Source: Phaeosaccion multiseriatum (taxonomy: Eukaryota; Protista; Ochrophyta, other classes). Taken from it: DNA of 64,000 nt. The stretch spans positions 1,984,001 to 2,048,000 of the forward strand of contig OZ218958.1 in the NCBI GenBank assembly GCA_965112735.1, given 5' to 3'. Under the pieces are notes generated by a model. The model saw only the letters and a list, made by a program, of their open reading frames with translations, ran no database searches and was not told the origin of the DNA. Positions 24,758 to 36,339 of this stretch are shown here, in pieces; within the stretch, counting starts at the first letter, position 1; every line of letters begins with the position of its first letter. A program made the position numbers and the translations under genes.

Positions 24758-26843
24758 ATGACGGGGGCGCGCCCGAGCAGGATTGCCGGGAAGGTGCAGG
24801 CGTGGTACGACAAGAGAGTTGAGCTGGAGGCTTTGGGCTGGGGAAGCAGCAAGGAAGATCTCCTGCTCTTGCTCAAGGCCGTTCTCTGCACGGTCGATCT
24901 CAAGCAGCTCAAGCAGATGGGGTATGGTCCGCTGCAATACCTCGCCGATGCTGAGAAGAGCAAGGAGACACGCTGCTCGGAGGTGAAGGGTTCGAGGATG
25001 CTGGAGGGGGTGAAGCTGCTGGGGGAGTGCGGACTAAGCGTTGACACCAGGCGAGATGGGGGTTCCTGGACGGCTCTGCAGCAAGCTGCACAAAGGGGGC
25101 ACTTTGACTTGGTGAAGGGGCTAGTGGAGGCGGGTGCGGATGTCAGCACCAACATCAAGTTTGATGCTGGATGGAAACCTCTGCGCCTTGCTGCCTCCGC
25201 CGGCCACCCCATGATAGTGTGGTACTTGCTTAAGCATGGAGCCAAATGGGAGGGGAGCTATGCCTTGCACAGTGCGGCTTGGAATGGGAGCCCTTCGAGT
25301 GTGAAGATGTTGCTGAAGGCAGGGGCCAATGTATTCGAGAGGGATCCGCGTGGGGCTCACGGCTGCCCAGAATTGCTGCAAAGGGATTGACGAGCAGGGC
25401 TCGAAAGCAGGGCGTGCCGAGGCTCTGTCTATCTTGCTCAAGAAGGGTGCAGATGTGCATGTGAAGGACAAAGAAAACAGCACTCTCCTGCACCTCGCCG
25501 CGTACTTCGGACACGAGCAGTGCATCCCCATTCTTGTGGGCAGAGGGCTGCAGGTCGATGCAAGGAACAACAGCTTGGACACGCCGCTCCACTGGGCCTC
25601 TTTGTCTGGAAAAGTGGTATGTGTGAAGGAGCTCATTCGCCGCGGTGCCCCCCTTGACGCTGTGAATGAAAACGGCCGCAGCCCTTTGCTGGAGGCTGCC
25701 GGTAGAGGCAACGTGAAGGTTGTGAGCGAGCTGATACGCGTCGATGCCTCTGTTGATGTCAAGGACATGAACTCGATCACCGCGCTGCATCTCGCGGCCG
25801 CCCTGGGCAGCCTCAAGATGGCCTACCTCCTGGTGGAGGGTGGAGCGGCGGTCGATGCTCTCACCGATGACGGTGAAAGTCCTTTGGTATGGTGCATGCG
25901 CCCCGGAAGACGGAAGATAGCTCAGAAGTTGTGGAGTTTTCGAACATCACCAGGAGAGAAGGAGGCCCGCGAGGAGGTGGCTCGATTCCTGCTGAAGATG
26001 GGCGCTGCCGTTGACGAGAAGGTGATGAAAGCGGCTGGGGAGGCAGGCTTGAGTGGTGTCATAACCGCTTTCATTAGGACAGAACGGGAGGGGTGCAACG
26101 CTCTCACAGACAGACTTCACACCGTTGCGGAGCACTACTTGTCCATGATGGCTGGTGCTGAGGATGAGAAGGCTCACAGCACAGTGCGGGTTAGGCTGGT
26201 GAATACGCGCAGTGGAGAGAAGGGCGAGAAGCAGTACGTCTTGAGCATCCCTCTGATGGAGCGGCTGGCGGCGAGGGTCAGCGGGAGAGAGGATGAGAGA
26301 GCGAAGATCTCCACAGGCCAAGCCTCAGCGGCAGGCATTCTTCCGAATATGCTAGACCCGAGGAAGCACGGCTACAAGGGGGATGATGAAGGTGATGATG
26401 GGGAGGAGAAGGGAGAAGGGAAGGGCAAGAAGGAAATGAAGCGTGTAGAGCTGAAGTATGATGGCGTGGACTTCACCGAGGAGGGCTTTGAGGCTGTGGT
26501 GCAGTTCGTGACGACGGGCAGTGTGGAGGAGCTCTTGGCCAGAAGGCCGCGAGGGGCAGGTACAGAGGGCAGCGCGAGCAGCAGCAGCAGCGGCGGCAGG
26601 CGAGGAGGAGGAGGGGGGGGAGCTCAAGGCACTGGCCGGGGCGGCAAGCAGAGGAAGCGTGTGAAGCTGTTCGACGACGTTCGAGCGAAGCAGGCTCTGC
26701 AGGCCGCGGAGTTCTTCTGTTTGGAAGGCATGGCGAGGGAGGTGAAGACGCTGATGGGAGAGTACGGCTTCGAGCTGGAGGAGAACGAAACCGAGAAGGA
26801 GGAGGAAGGGCCGTCGCGGAAGAGAAGCAGGGCTGAACCCTGA
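24758..26843 (+). pseudogene. Ankyrin-BTB copy 2, one +1 frameshift at about 25352 (G-run)
   Basis: Colinear with copy 1, including the upstream region (21563 ff. vs 24433 ff.). ORFs 24758-25390 and 25329-26843 are joined by one extra base; could be a homopolymer sequencing error. Confidence 0.75.
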
Positions 26844-27598
26844 GCACCACCAAGTAAGACTTGAGCAGCTGCATGCATGAGTGAGCTCACCTCGGTGGTG
26901 GGAGGGGGGAGAGGTAGAGTGAGCATCAGAGGCATGCGAGGAGACGAGAGATGCGTGGGGTGCGTAACGGTGTGCGGTGTGTGCGGTGTGCACCTTGGCG
27001 TCAGCGGCGTATGCGTTAGGAGGGCCGTGGTGAGGCGCACCACTTTCCACCACCCCTCGTCCGAACAAGTGTGATTGGGTCCCATTGATTGGGAGTACGA
27101 TGTGGATCATGAATGACAACCATAACCGTCTCTGTGAATAATCGAATAATAGCAATATGAGCAACAATGGGGAGGGAATTGAGAGATGGTGTGTGTGCTG
27201 CGTATGAACAGCGGTTTCATGGCGTACCTGAGGACAGAGTATGAGGTGGGGGATCATGAGTGGAAGGCAAAGGTGTCGAGAGCCGACCTTCAGGCCAAGC
27301 CATAGGTATTTGTGTACTTGAGTGATTAATAGTTGGGGTAGATCATGAGAAAATCATGCAGATCATATTATGACATCAGCCAAGGCATCACATCATGGAT
27401 CACATCATACGCTGCTTACACATGATCGGATCACATCACACTGTCAGCAAATATATTCACTCAGAGAAACTGAAATGTGTGTGCCTGGGGCCAGCGGGAG
27501 GGCCTGCATAGTTTAGGAAGAGGGAGCACGCCCGCTTGACTAGGAGTTGGTTCCTCAACAAAACACAAATGGCCACTCTATTGTGCTTGCCCTTCGGT

Positions 27599-27762
27599 AG
27601 GCGAGGAGGAGGAGGGGGGGGAGCTGAAGGCACTGGCCGGGGCGGTAAGAAGAGGAAGCGGGTGAAGCTTTTCGACGACCTTCGGGCGAAGCAGGCACTG
27701 CAAGCCGCAGACTTCTTCTGCTTGGAGGGCATGTCGAGGGAGGTGAAGACACTGATGGGAGA
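27599..27762 (+). pseudogene. Ankyrin-BTB copy 3, 3' fragment cut by an LTR
   Basis: Encodes KLFDDLRAKQALQAADFFCLEGMSREVKTLMG and stops just before the LTR at 27765. Confidence 0.8.
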
Positions 27763-30177
27763 TATGCTGTGCCCACAAGCTCTACAAGGGGTTTAGAGAA
27801 TACTCCACTGGCTCTGTGCCAATGTGTGAAGCCTCCTATTATAATCTTGTAGCCTGCTCGTAGAGCGAGGTACCTTCTTAGCAAAGGACATTCCAGAAAA
27901 GGGGTCCTGACACCAATACTGACATGGCCCTATTTTAACCCCGGGCAAGTATCGATATCGACCTAGACCCAGACAGCACACTGCCCCCAAGGCGAGCTCG
28001 GGAGGGACTACCCTCAAGAGACTAAGCTTTACGTACAGCATCCTCAATGCCGTCAACGCGCAGCTCTCTTGCGTACCTTCTTTGTCGGCGGTCCTGAGCC
28101 TCGAGACAGAAACTCCCGAGCTCGACTGACAAGCTCCTGGTCTGGGAAGTTCTTAAAAGAAAGGTTTCCAAAAGGACAGGCACATCAGCCGCAAGCGTAC
28201 GGATGGGCTCCATGCTGTTCTCCTCCGGCTCAAAGCCAACCCACTGAACTTGGACGAGAAAGTCGCCACCCTCATCCTCGATGAGGTCGACAAGTCTCTC
28301 CACAGTCCACAAGGGAGTGTCGTACTGGATCTGGGCGAGTGCGTCAGTGCTGACACCAACACTCGCATCACAATAGTAGCGTAGCCGTGAAGCATGAGCA
28401 GTGAAGCGCCTCTTCTTGCCAATCAGCTCCTCCACTTCATATACCATGGGGCTCACCTCACAGATCACTCTGTAGGGCCCACTCCACACTCCACGCAGCT
28501 TGCTATTGGCCGAAACGTTGGCCAGGTTGACAAAGACACCAGGAACGAAGACGCCAGTGTGACCAAGCTTGCGCGTCAAGTCCGTCTCCTTCCGGTGTTG
28601 CGCACCTTTACGCCCTCGCAGCGCATCGTTGTGGAAGACACGCTTCCTCTCACGCACTGCCTGCAGATGGTCGTAAATGCGCTGATGGACTGCCTGCTGC
28701 TGGCGATGAGACTCCTGTCCAATCGCCTTAAACATGCCCTCCGGTAGCTTGCATACTCGCATCTTCTTGACAAGATCAGCGTCGTTCACCAAAATCGCGT
28801 CCAGAGGGTGCACAGGCTTGTTGTTCGTGTGCAACTCAATAGGAGAGAGACCGTCGCGTGAAGGGCTCGGAGTAGAATTGTGCGCCGCCTCTACCACCGG
28901 CAATAGTTGAGGCCACTCCGTGGTAGGCAGTCGGAACTCGCTGAGAACAGGCCGCACAAAACATTGTACTCAGAAAGTCCCTCACACCTTTCTCCCCTAG
29001 TCCACGAGAGTAAGGGTTGTGAGCCACGACAAAGTGGTGCTCGCACCGCAACTAACCTCGTAGCAGCTCCATGACTCGGTTGAGGAAATGAGAACCTCTA
29101 TCGCTTGCCCAGCTAGGCACCACCCCCAACACACTGAACCACTGCATGAGCGCTTTGGCTGTTGCCTCTGCTGTGGGCTCAGGTGCTGCACTGTATTGGG
29201 CCTCAAGCGAAAAGTCGTCAGTCACCACCAACACGTAATTGACGTCAACCGTGAGCGTGCCTTCAACTGAGAGGACGTGCTGCTGTCCGGGCCCTACATC
29301 AACCCAGTCCATGTAGATCAGCTGGTTGGGCCTGTCTGCGTGGATCTGACCCAGCAAAGGTCGTGGTACTCTCTCTCTCTCCAGAACCATTGGATAGACA
29401 GTGGAGGCAAAAGCTGCATAGCCTCTCCACATCTGCCTTCATAGAGGGCCAAACGAATCGCTGAGAGAGGGCAGTAAGCGTAGAAGTACAGCCGCGATGA
29501 CCACAGCTGCCTTGGTGTGCCACTACCATAGCCCGGGCCTGGAGTGACTCGGTTGGAAGCCAAACACGACGTGTACCATCTGAAGCTGGGGCACGAAGAA
29601 GACCGTCAGTATCCGCCTCCAGATGAATGCCAGACTCTTGCAGGGTAGCCTCCATCTGATTGAAAGAAGTTGGGGCAATAGCGGCCTGCTGAGCCTGCTG
29701 AATCTCCTCAAGTTGTGGGAACCAAAGTCCTCCGCCATTGTGTCATACACGGCCATGGGCTGCACTTGCTGAATGACATTGACGTTGCCAATGCGTGCTA
29801 CAGTACCATCCATAGGTGTTCTGCCTCCACCGACTCAGCAAGTCAGGCCAGAAGAAAGTCTTGCCTTCCACGTGCCGAATGGTATAGGTGAAGGTCATCA
29901 AGTACATGGCTGCACGCTAAAGTCGCTCACGCATAGGCATTGTGTGTGACGCCATTGACTTGGTGAGGACTGCATCCGGATTCATAATGAAGAGAATGTT
30001 GCGATGGCCCGTTACAAAGGTAGCCGAGTGAGCAGTGTCGTGCAACATCCATTCTGCCGCTTGCACCGAATGAACCAAAGCATAGGTCTCCTTGTCGACG
30101 GTGGCATAGCGCTGCTGCGTGCGGTTGAAGCTCCCACTGCAGTAAATCAGAACCTCATGCCGCTGCTTCAGAAGAGG

Positions 30178-30819
30178 TGTGGTAGAGCGAGGTGGGACAG
30201 GCTGGGGCCCTTCTAGCATGGCGGTGTTTATCTGCAAGCGAGGATGAGCATCGGTGATTAGTAGAACCTTCTGGTGAGTAGGTATCTATGACTGTAGCTG
30301 CGGGCGTGTGCTAGAGGTGTTGGTTGTTCTCTGGGTATTGGGGTTACTTATTCTTTCATATAAACGGCCTTGGGATTGGCTGGACATGTTTTCTTTTCAT
30401 ATAAACAACTGTGTGTGTGGGGGGCTTGTTTTGCTTTCATATATTTAGGATGTCAGTGACGTATTGAGCCTTTGATTGGTTGCCTCCTCACAGAGTGTCT
30501 CGGCAAGGGGGGATCTGTGGTAGAGGTGGGACAGGCTCAATTACGTATTATTAGGTATGCAGCGTAGTAAGTCAATGATGTGGGACGCGGCCTTTTTGAG
30601 GGCCTGGTTGGCCCCTCTGCACTCCTGAACCCGTATAGACCAAGTGGATAGCTCTCCTTTAAACAAGGAGGCTGTCCAGGGTCTTAGGGTGGGATAGTCC
30701 TTATTAACAATACACTTGGTGCTAGCATTGGTATCTTCTCCCCATATTGGGACCGGAACGCAGCGCTCAGCTTGGGGGTACCTTCTTACTCTTAGGCAGA
30801 GGAAGGTAGCGGCCCCACA
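30178..30819 (+). mobile_element. 642-bp LTR-derived insertion in element 1 RNase H
   Basis: TG...CA ends, TSD GAGG (30174-77 / 30820-23); internal PPT AAGGGGGGA plus a repeat of the TGTGGTAGAG start at 30516. Removing it restores SELPL|LKQRHE. Confidence 0.8.
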
Positions 30820-32152
30820 GAGGCAATTCTGAATCCTCCGCCGGACACTGAGTCACAATGCCACCCCAATGCTGCTGACTGGCATCAGAAAGAACATACT
30901 TGGGCTTTTCTGGGTCGGGGTAGGCACGAAGGGTGTTCTCGGCCAACATCCCTTTGACTGCAGAAAAAGCCTGCGTGTGCTCCTCCTGCCATAGACCCTC
31001 CAATGAAACTGTGCGCGCGGCACTGCGAGAACGCGGGTGCCTACCACGCCGCACCTTGACTTTGCTCAAAGCCAAGTTGAGAAGATCCACCAAAGGCTGA
31101 ATTTCCTGCGCGTAGTTGAGCATAAAGTCTCGGCACCAACCCATCGCACAGATGAAAAATTATTGCAAATCTGCTGCTGACCCCTGTCTGAGGTCGCTGC
31201 AGCTCCAGCAAGCCCTGCACGCGACTCATGTCTTGACGAAAGCCATCCTTATTGTAGACCCTGCCGCAGAAATGCATGCTATCCGTAAGCTCCAGAGAAG
31301 CTGGCTTGACTTTCAAGTTCTTCTAGCTTCCTTGGCCAGTAAGTCAGTGGCTTGAATCACCAACTGCTGAGGCTGCTTCGCACACGTTGCCAAATTGTCC
31401 ATAATCCCATATAATTGACCATAGTCTTGCCGATCTCCTCGCGAAACGTATCGCTGATCACCCACTGAGCGTAATACGCTGCATTCTTGCTGCCCTGCAG
31501 TACTCGCCTTGGAGTCATCTTATGGTAGGGCGTAATGATGGTGAAACGTACCGCATCACGAGCACGCATCAATAGCTGCCAATAATAGTCTCGCAAATCC
31601 AGCGCCAAAAAATTCTTACAGCCTCTCAAACACTGCGCATCATCGAGTAGGTTGGGGATATACCACTTGGCCGGGAGTGTGATTGCATTTATCGCCCTCA
31701 AATCAACACACAATCGATAGGCCAAGGACTGTCCCTTCAGCCACCACTGGCTTTGGCACCGCAAAGCCAGGACTACTGCTCGTACTCTGAGGGTTGTCGT
31801 AACACAGACCGTTATCGATCAACTCTTGACCAAACGTCTTGACGAACTCACCCTTTGCGCCAGGCTGTCTGATGGCCGCCAGAGAGACAGGCTCAGAAGT
31901 GGTAAACTCATTTACCATGGGGGGGACCTTAGCTGGTCCATCTGTGAGGAGGAGCTTGTTCCTCCACACATTGGGTCTAGACAGGAGAGCATCCAACCAG
32001 GGCTCTCGATACTCAAGTGGCCAGGTCCCATTCTTGACTGCTTCATCAACACGGGCACCAGCCAAGGGTCACAGCCACGCAACTCTTCCACTGTTGGCGG
32101 CTGTGCCTTCACAGGCGCATCAACAGGATGAGGCGCAAAGTAATCTTGACTG

Positions 32153-33614
32153 TGTGGAGTCGTGCACTGAAAGGATGACTACCAATAGCAATAGACCCTA
32201 CCTGCACATAGCAGGAGGTCAGTCGCTATCCACCAGAGGTGGAGCACTCGTGAGAAAACGAAAGGACGAGAGATGAAGTAATATTTTAGGAGATGGAAAG
32301 AACTAAAAGGAAACTGAAACTGAACGAAGAAACTGAAACTATGAACTGACGACATTTGTGAGCATACCTCCACAGTCCCCCCTTTGAAAGCATGTGTGCA
32401 TACGCAGACATGATAAGGAAAGAGAAAGAGATGAACACAAATAGGAGGAAAGGAAGTAAGGAAAAGAGGGAAATCCACACAGACTGGCTACACCGACTTG
32501 GGAACAGAACAGATGGAGGGAAAAGCTGCCTCACACAAGGGGGAGGGAAAAAGCGGCCACACAAACAGTCCAGAAACACCAGAGAGTAGAGAGAATTAGC
32601 CCTAGCTACACCGACTTGGGAACAGAACAGATGGAGGGAAAAGCTGCCTCACACAAGGGGGAGGGAAAAAGCGGCCTCACAAACAGTCTAGAAACACCAG
32701 AGGGTAGGGAGAATTATTTCAGGGCACATTGGTACTCAGAAGGTATAGGAAAGAGTCCGAGGGAAACAGAAGAAGATTAGAAGTGAGGGGAGTAACGGTC
32801 ACGGAGAAAGGTGACAGTACGTTCCGACGCCTGACGAAGAGGGCCAGTGGCGCCGTCGTTGATGTGCTGCGTCGCTGCTGCCTTACCAAGGGCCTCTTGG
32901 ATATTAATGCCGAGCTCCTTCAGGGTGGCGCGGCCCACGGTAACCAACTTGGTCATGTCGTTATCCGTGATGGCATAGCTGATCTTGGGCACCAAGAGAG
33001 GGCCCTGGAAGGTGTGAAGAATGAGGTCCAAAGGTGGAGTACGCCGCTTGTAGGAAAACATGTTGGGGCTTGAGGCCGGCAGCGAGGCCTCCGCTGATTA
33101 CAGAAGCTGTGCCTTCTACCCATTCGTCCGCACTCTCGTTGTAGACCACGGCGAGCTGCCCACATTTATCCAGCGCCGAAAAGAGCTGCACAATCTGCTG
33201 CTGGCATCGATCCACTGCGGCCGCTCTCTGACTGGGATCGGCGAAAAAAGGCTGGATGTAGACCTCGATGCTGGAAGAGCCTACCGCGGGTGGTGTACAG
33301 CCTACACCGGGTGTTGTAGTGGCGAGACGGACATTGGTCGCCGCTGAAATTGGAAAGTGTATGAAATGTACTATCCGGTAATAACAAGTTATTGTGGAGT
33401 CGTGCACTGAAAGGATGACTACTAATAGCAATAGACCCTACCTGCACATAGCAGGAGGTCAGTCGCTATCCACCAGAGGTGGAGCACTCGTGAGAAAACG
33501 AAAGGACGAGAGATGAAGTAATATTTTAGGAGATGGAAAGAACTAAAAGGAAACTGAAACTGAACGAAGAAACTGAAACTATGAACTGACGACATTTGTG
33601 AGCATACCTCCACA
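32153..33614 (-). mobile_element. 1462-bp non-autonomous LTR element (TRIM-like), copy A
   Basis: 222-bp LTRs TGTGGAG...CTCCACA, TSD ACTG, PPT AAAGGGGGGA, internal protease-like remnant (TVGRATLKELGINI). Confidence 0.92.
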
Positions 33615-35478
33615 ACTGTCTGTATTAGAATATTGGGCATCCAGCTGTGGACCTTGAGGAGCGGATGGAAATACCCTATCAAACGCTACCTCTGCCGACT
33701 GCCGGGCCTCATTAGATGCCGCCAGGGCATGACTCGCGGTCTGCGCTGTGATACGACTCACACGCACCGCCTCAACACCCTGCGGGTTGAGAGTGGCTGC
33801 CTCTGCCAACTCTGCTCTCTTCTGTGCCAGTGCCCTCTCCTCAAGAGTAGCACGGCTGCTAGGCACCTGCAGCTTCTCCAAAAAAGGTCGGCCAATGATG
33901 ATTCGCTGATTAACAAGTGGGGCGTCCCCCGCCTCGTACATCCAAGCGCAACCATACTCGGGGCCCAACTCCTTCGTTTGGATATCACCGTGTGCCATTT
34001 TCAAGTGAGGTTGAGTCGTCCCTGAACAACTTTGCTCAAAGAAGGCAACTCTCCTCGAAGAAAGACCGCATTGGCTGGTTGGCTCAGCCAGTGGCGACTA
34101 CTGCCCGCTCCCGGGAGAGCGAATCCTGCCTCCTGAACTAATGCCTCAACTTGGTCACTGCCTGGAAATGAGGAGACTGAATTCGCAAGCCTCCTCAAGC
34201 GTCGTGAGGAATTGTACACTTCCATTGACCTGCTTGGCCTGGCTGCTCTTCTCTCCAAAGCCGACTCGGTAGTCAGGCTGAATCGACACAAGGGCGAGGA
34301 CATCCTCAGCCGCCGACTCACTCTGAGGTACCTTCACCTCGGCAAATCTCTTGCCGTCTGCCCCCACGGGTGCCAGAGGAGGAAGGGTTGGCGCCTGGAC
34401 CCTGCCATGCCTGCCACCGCCCCTCTTCCTCGCACGCCGTCTGGAGCGAAACTTTTCTACTGCCTTCTTCTTGTGCTCTTCACTGTAGCCATGAGGGCAG
34501 TCATTCATCCTATGGGAGATATCTCCCTGTCTGTTGTCAAGGCGGCAAGCCCAGCATTGGATAGATTTGGCCGGCTCCTCGCTCGGCGCCAGACAGGAGG
34601 AGGTGCCTCGGCCTCATCAAAACCCCGTTTGGTTCCCCTCTGCTGCTGCGAATCCTTGCCAGGCTGTTGTTGTTGGGCTGTTGCTGACGCTGCTGCTCCC
34701 GCTGTCGTTGCGAACCCACTGTAGAGCCGCCCACTGGTTCTCTGGGTTATTCAAGGTCCGCACCATCACGTCCGCAAGCAAGCAACCCGATTACGAGCGA
34801 GCCTCTGGCTCCGCCATGATTTATTTGCCTCTCCGGTGAGCGCTAGCGCACCGCCTGCGTTCTCCAGCCTCCTCGGCGAGTCCGCACAGGACGCTTGCCC
34901 GCTCTCCTTCGAGTACTGAGCGCTAGCGTCTCGCTTGGCTACAGCTCCGCACACTGCTTGACACCCGCTCCAAGCTTTTCTTCCCCTACCTGTAAGCTAA
35001 GTTTAAACTATGCTGTGCCCACAAGCTCTACAAGGGGTTTAGAGAAAGTTTGAAGAAAAGAAAGGAAAGGGGAAGTTTAAAAAGGACATTCCAGAAAAGA
35101 GAAAAGAGGTCCTGACACCAATACTGATATATAGCCCTACAATTGTATTTTAACCCCGGGCAAGTATCGATATCGACCTAGACCCAGGCAGCACGGCAGC
35201 ACACACCCGTGCTGACGGCTTGGTGCCATATAATTACCCGTCCGCACGGGTGTTGGCTCTGGCATTATTTTTTATGGTATATATATAATACCCGTGCTCT
35301 TGGTGCCATAGTATTACCCGTGCGCACGGGCATTGGCTTTGGCATTATTTTTTATGATAACAGTGTCGAACAGTGAAAAAAATCGGGGGGGGGGGGGCGC
35401 GGGGGGGGGGAGGTCTGAAAAACACAAAAAATTCGGAAGGAGCTGTTTGAAAAGCACCACAAATTCTACGCGAAGTAT

Positions 35479-35582
35479 GCGATTGTAGCTCCAATTGGTT
35501 AGAGCGTGGGTCTCATAGTCACCTTGTCCCGATAAGATGGAGAGGCATCCCAAGGTTGTGAGATCGAGTCTCACCAGTCGCA
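35479..35582 (+). tRNA. tRNA-Met(CAT), elongator type, 29-nt intron 35518-35546
   Basis: Acceptor GCGATTG/CAGTCGC, D arm GCTC/GAGC, anticodon CAT 35514-16 with intron at 37/38, U31-U39 pair, T stem GTGAG/CTCAC, oligo-T terminator downstream. Confidence 0.92.
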
Positions 35583-35699
35583 CTTTTTTTCTTCCCGAGG
35601 TTGTGGGATCGAGGTCCTAACCAGGGCGGAGTTTAAAAAAAAAAAAAAAAAAAAAAGAGGTTTAAAATTTTTAGTGCCACTTGAGGTTTAAAATTTTAG

Positions 35700-35955
35700 T
35701 GCCACTTCCCGCTGCTTTACAGTTGTATCGAACAAGAAGAGGAAGGGGATTCCGCGGGTGGGACGGCTGGGCGCGACCCGCCCCTGGTGGAAGGGGCGGC
35801 GCACCCTACGCTTTTTTCTTTTCTTGTTCTTTTCACATTTCCCGAGGTTGCAACACCTCGGCCCCGTGCACGCCAAGCGGTTTTGCCCTAGGCCGCTCAC
35901 TTTTCAGCCCTAGGCGGCCTATTCGACCCCTGACAAGGTTCTGGGTTCCAGGTTC
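35700..35955 (+). repeat. Dispersed repeat also at about 63705-64000, ending in the left end of a TCG-ended MITE
   Basis: Colinear sequence through GCCTATTCGACCCCTGACAAGGTTCTGGGTTCCAGGTTCT at both loci. Confidence 0.85.
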
Positions 35956-36339
35956 TGGCCGGCGCCAGCCGGCCAGGTTCCAGGTTCTAGCCGGCGCCAG
36001 CCGGCCAGGTTCCAGGTTCTGGGGGAACGCCGTGTAATAAGGCCATGATGAGGCCAACGCTTCACCTCTCTCTCCCAGCCTCGTATTACTTATATGAACA
36101 CTAACGTTCCTCGTGCTACCTTACTTCCCCCCCGCATGCCTCTGGCAAAACTCACTTTTACAATCGCGTACGACAAGATTGTATGAGCCAGGTTTTAGCA
36201 GCTTCAGGGGTGGAGGGGGGGGGCAGAGCAGTACGGCCACCCAGATCGTGCACCGAGAGGGAGATCTGGTCTACTCGGCCCCTGACAAGGTTCTGGGTTC
36301 CAGGTTCTGGCCGGCGCCAGCCGGCCGGGTTCCAGGTTC

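Larger units (their letters stand above)
27765..35203 (-). mobile_element. Degenerate Ty3/Gypsy chromodomain LTR retrotransposon (element 1); LTRs about 27765-27980 and 35011-35203
   Basis: Frameshifted gag/PR, RT (YRLCVDLRAIN, LQGSKN), RNase H (SDASQQHWG), integrase (HQGSCGH, CLHC, SDRGSHF) and chromodomain (VQWVGFEPEENSMEP) fragments. The LTRs share blocks; no TSD. Confidence 0.88.

Noticed and set aside
19936-27762. Integrated giant virus segment
   Set aside because: No NCLDV hallmark genes and base composition resembles the host; origin left open.
35204-35360. Helitron 3' end (CCCGTGCGCACGGG hairpin in a roughly 90-bp tandem duplication)
   Set aside because: No CTRR terminus at the expected distance and no matching 5' end seen.
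35479-35582. Local tRNA-Met as primer for neighbouring retroelements
   Set aside because: Its complement would be TGGTGCGACTGG; no PBS in the window matches.
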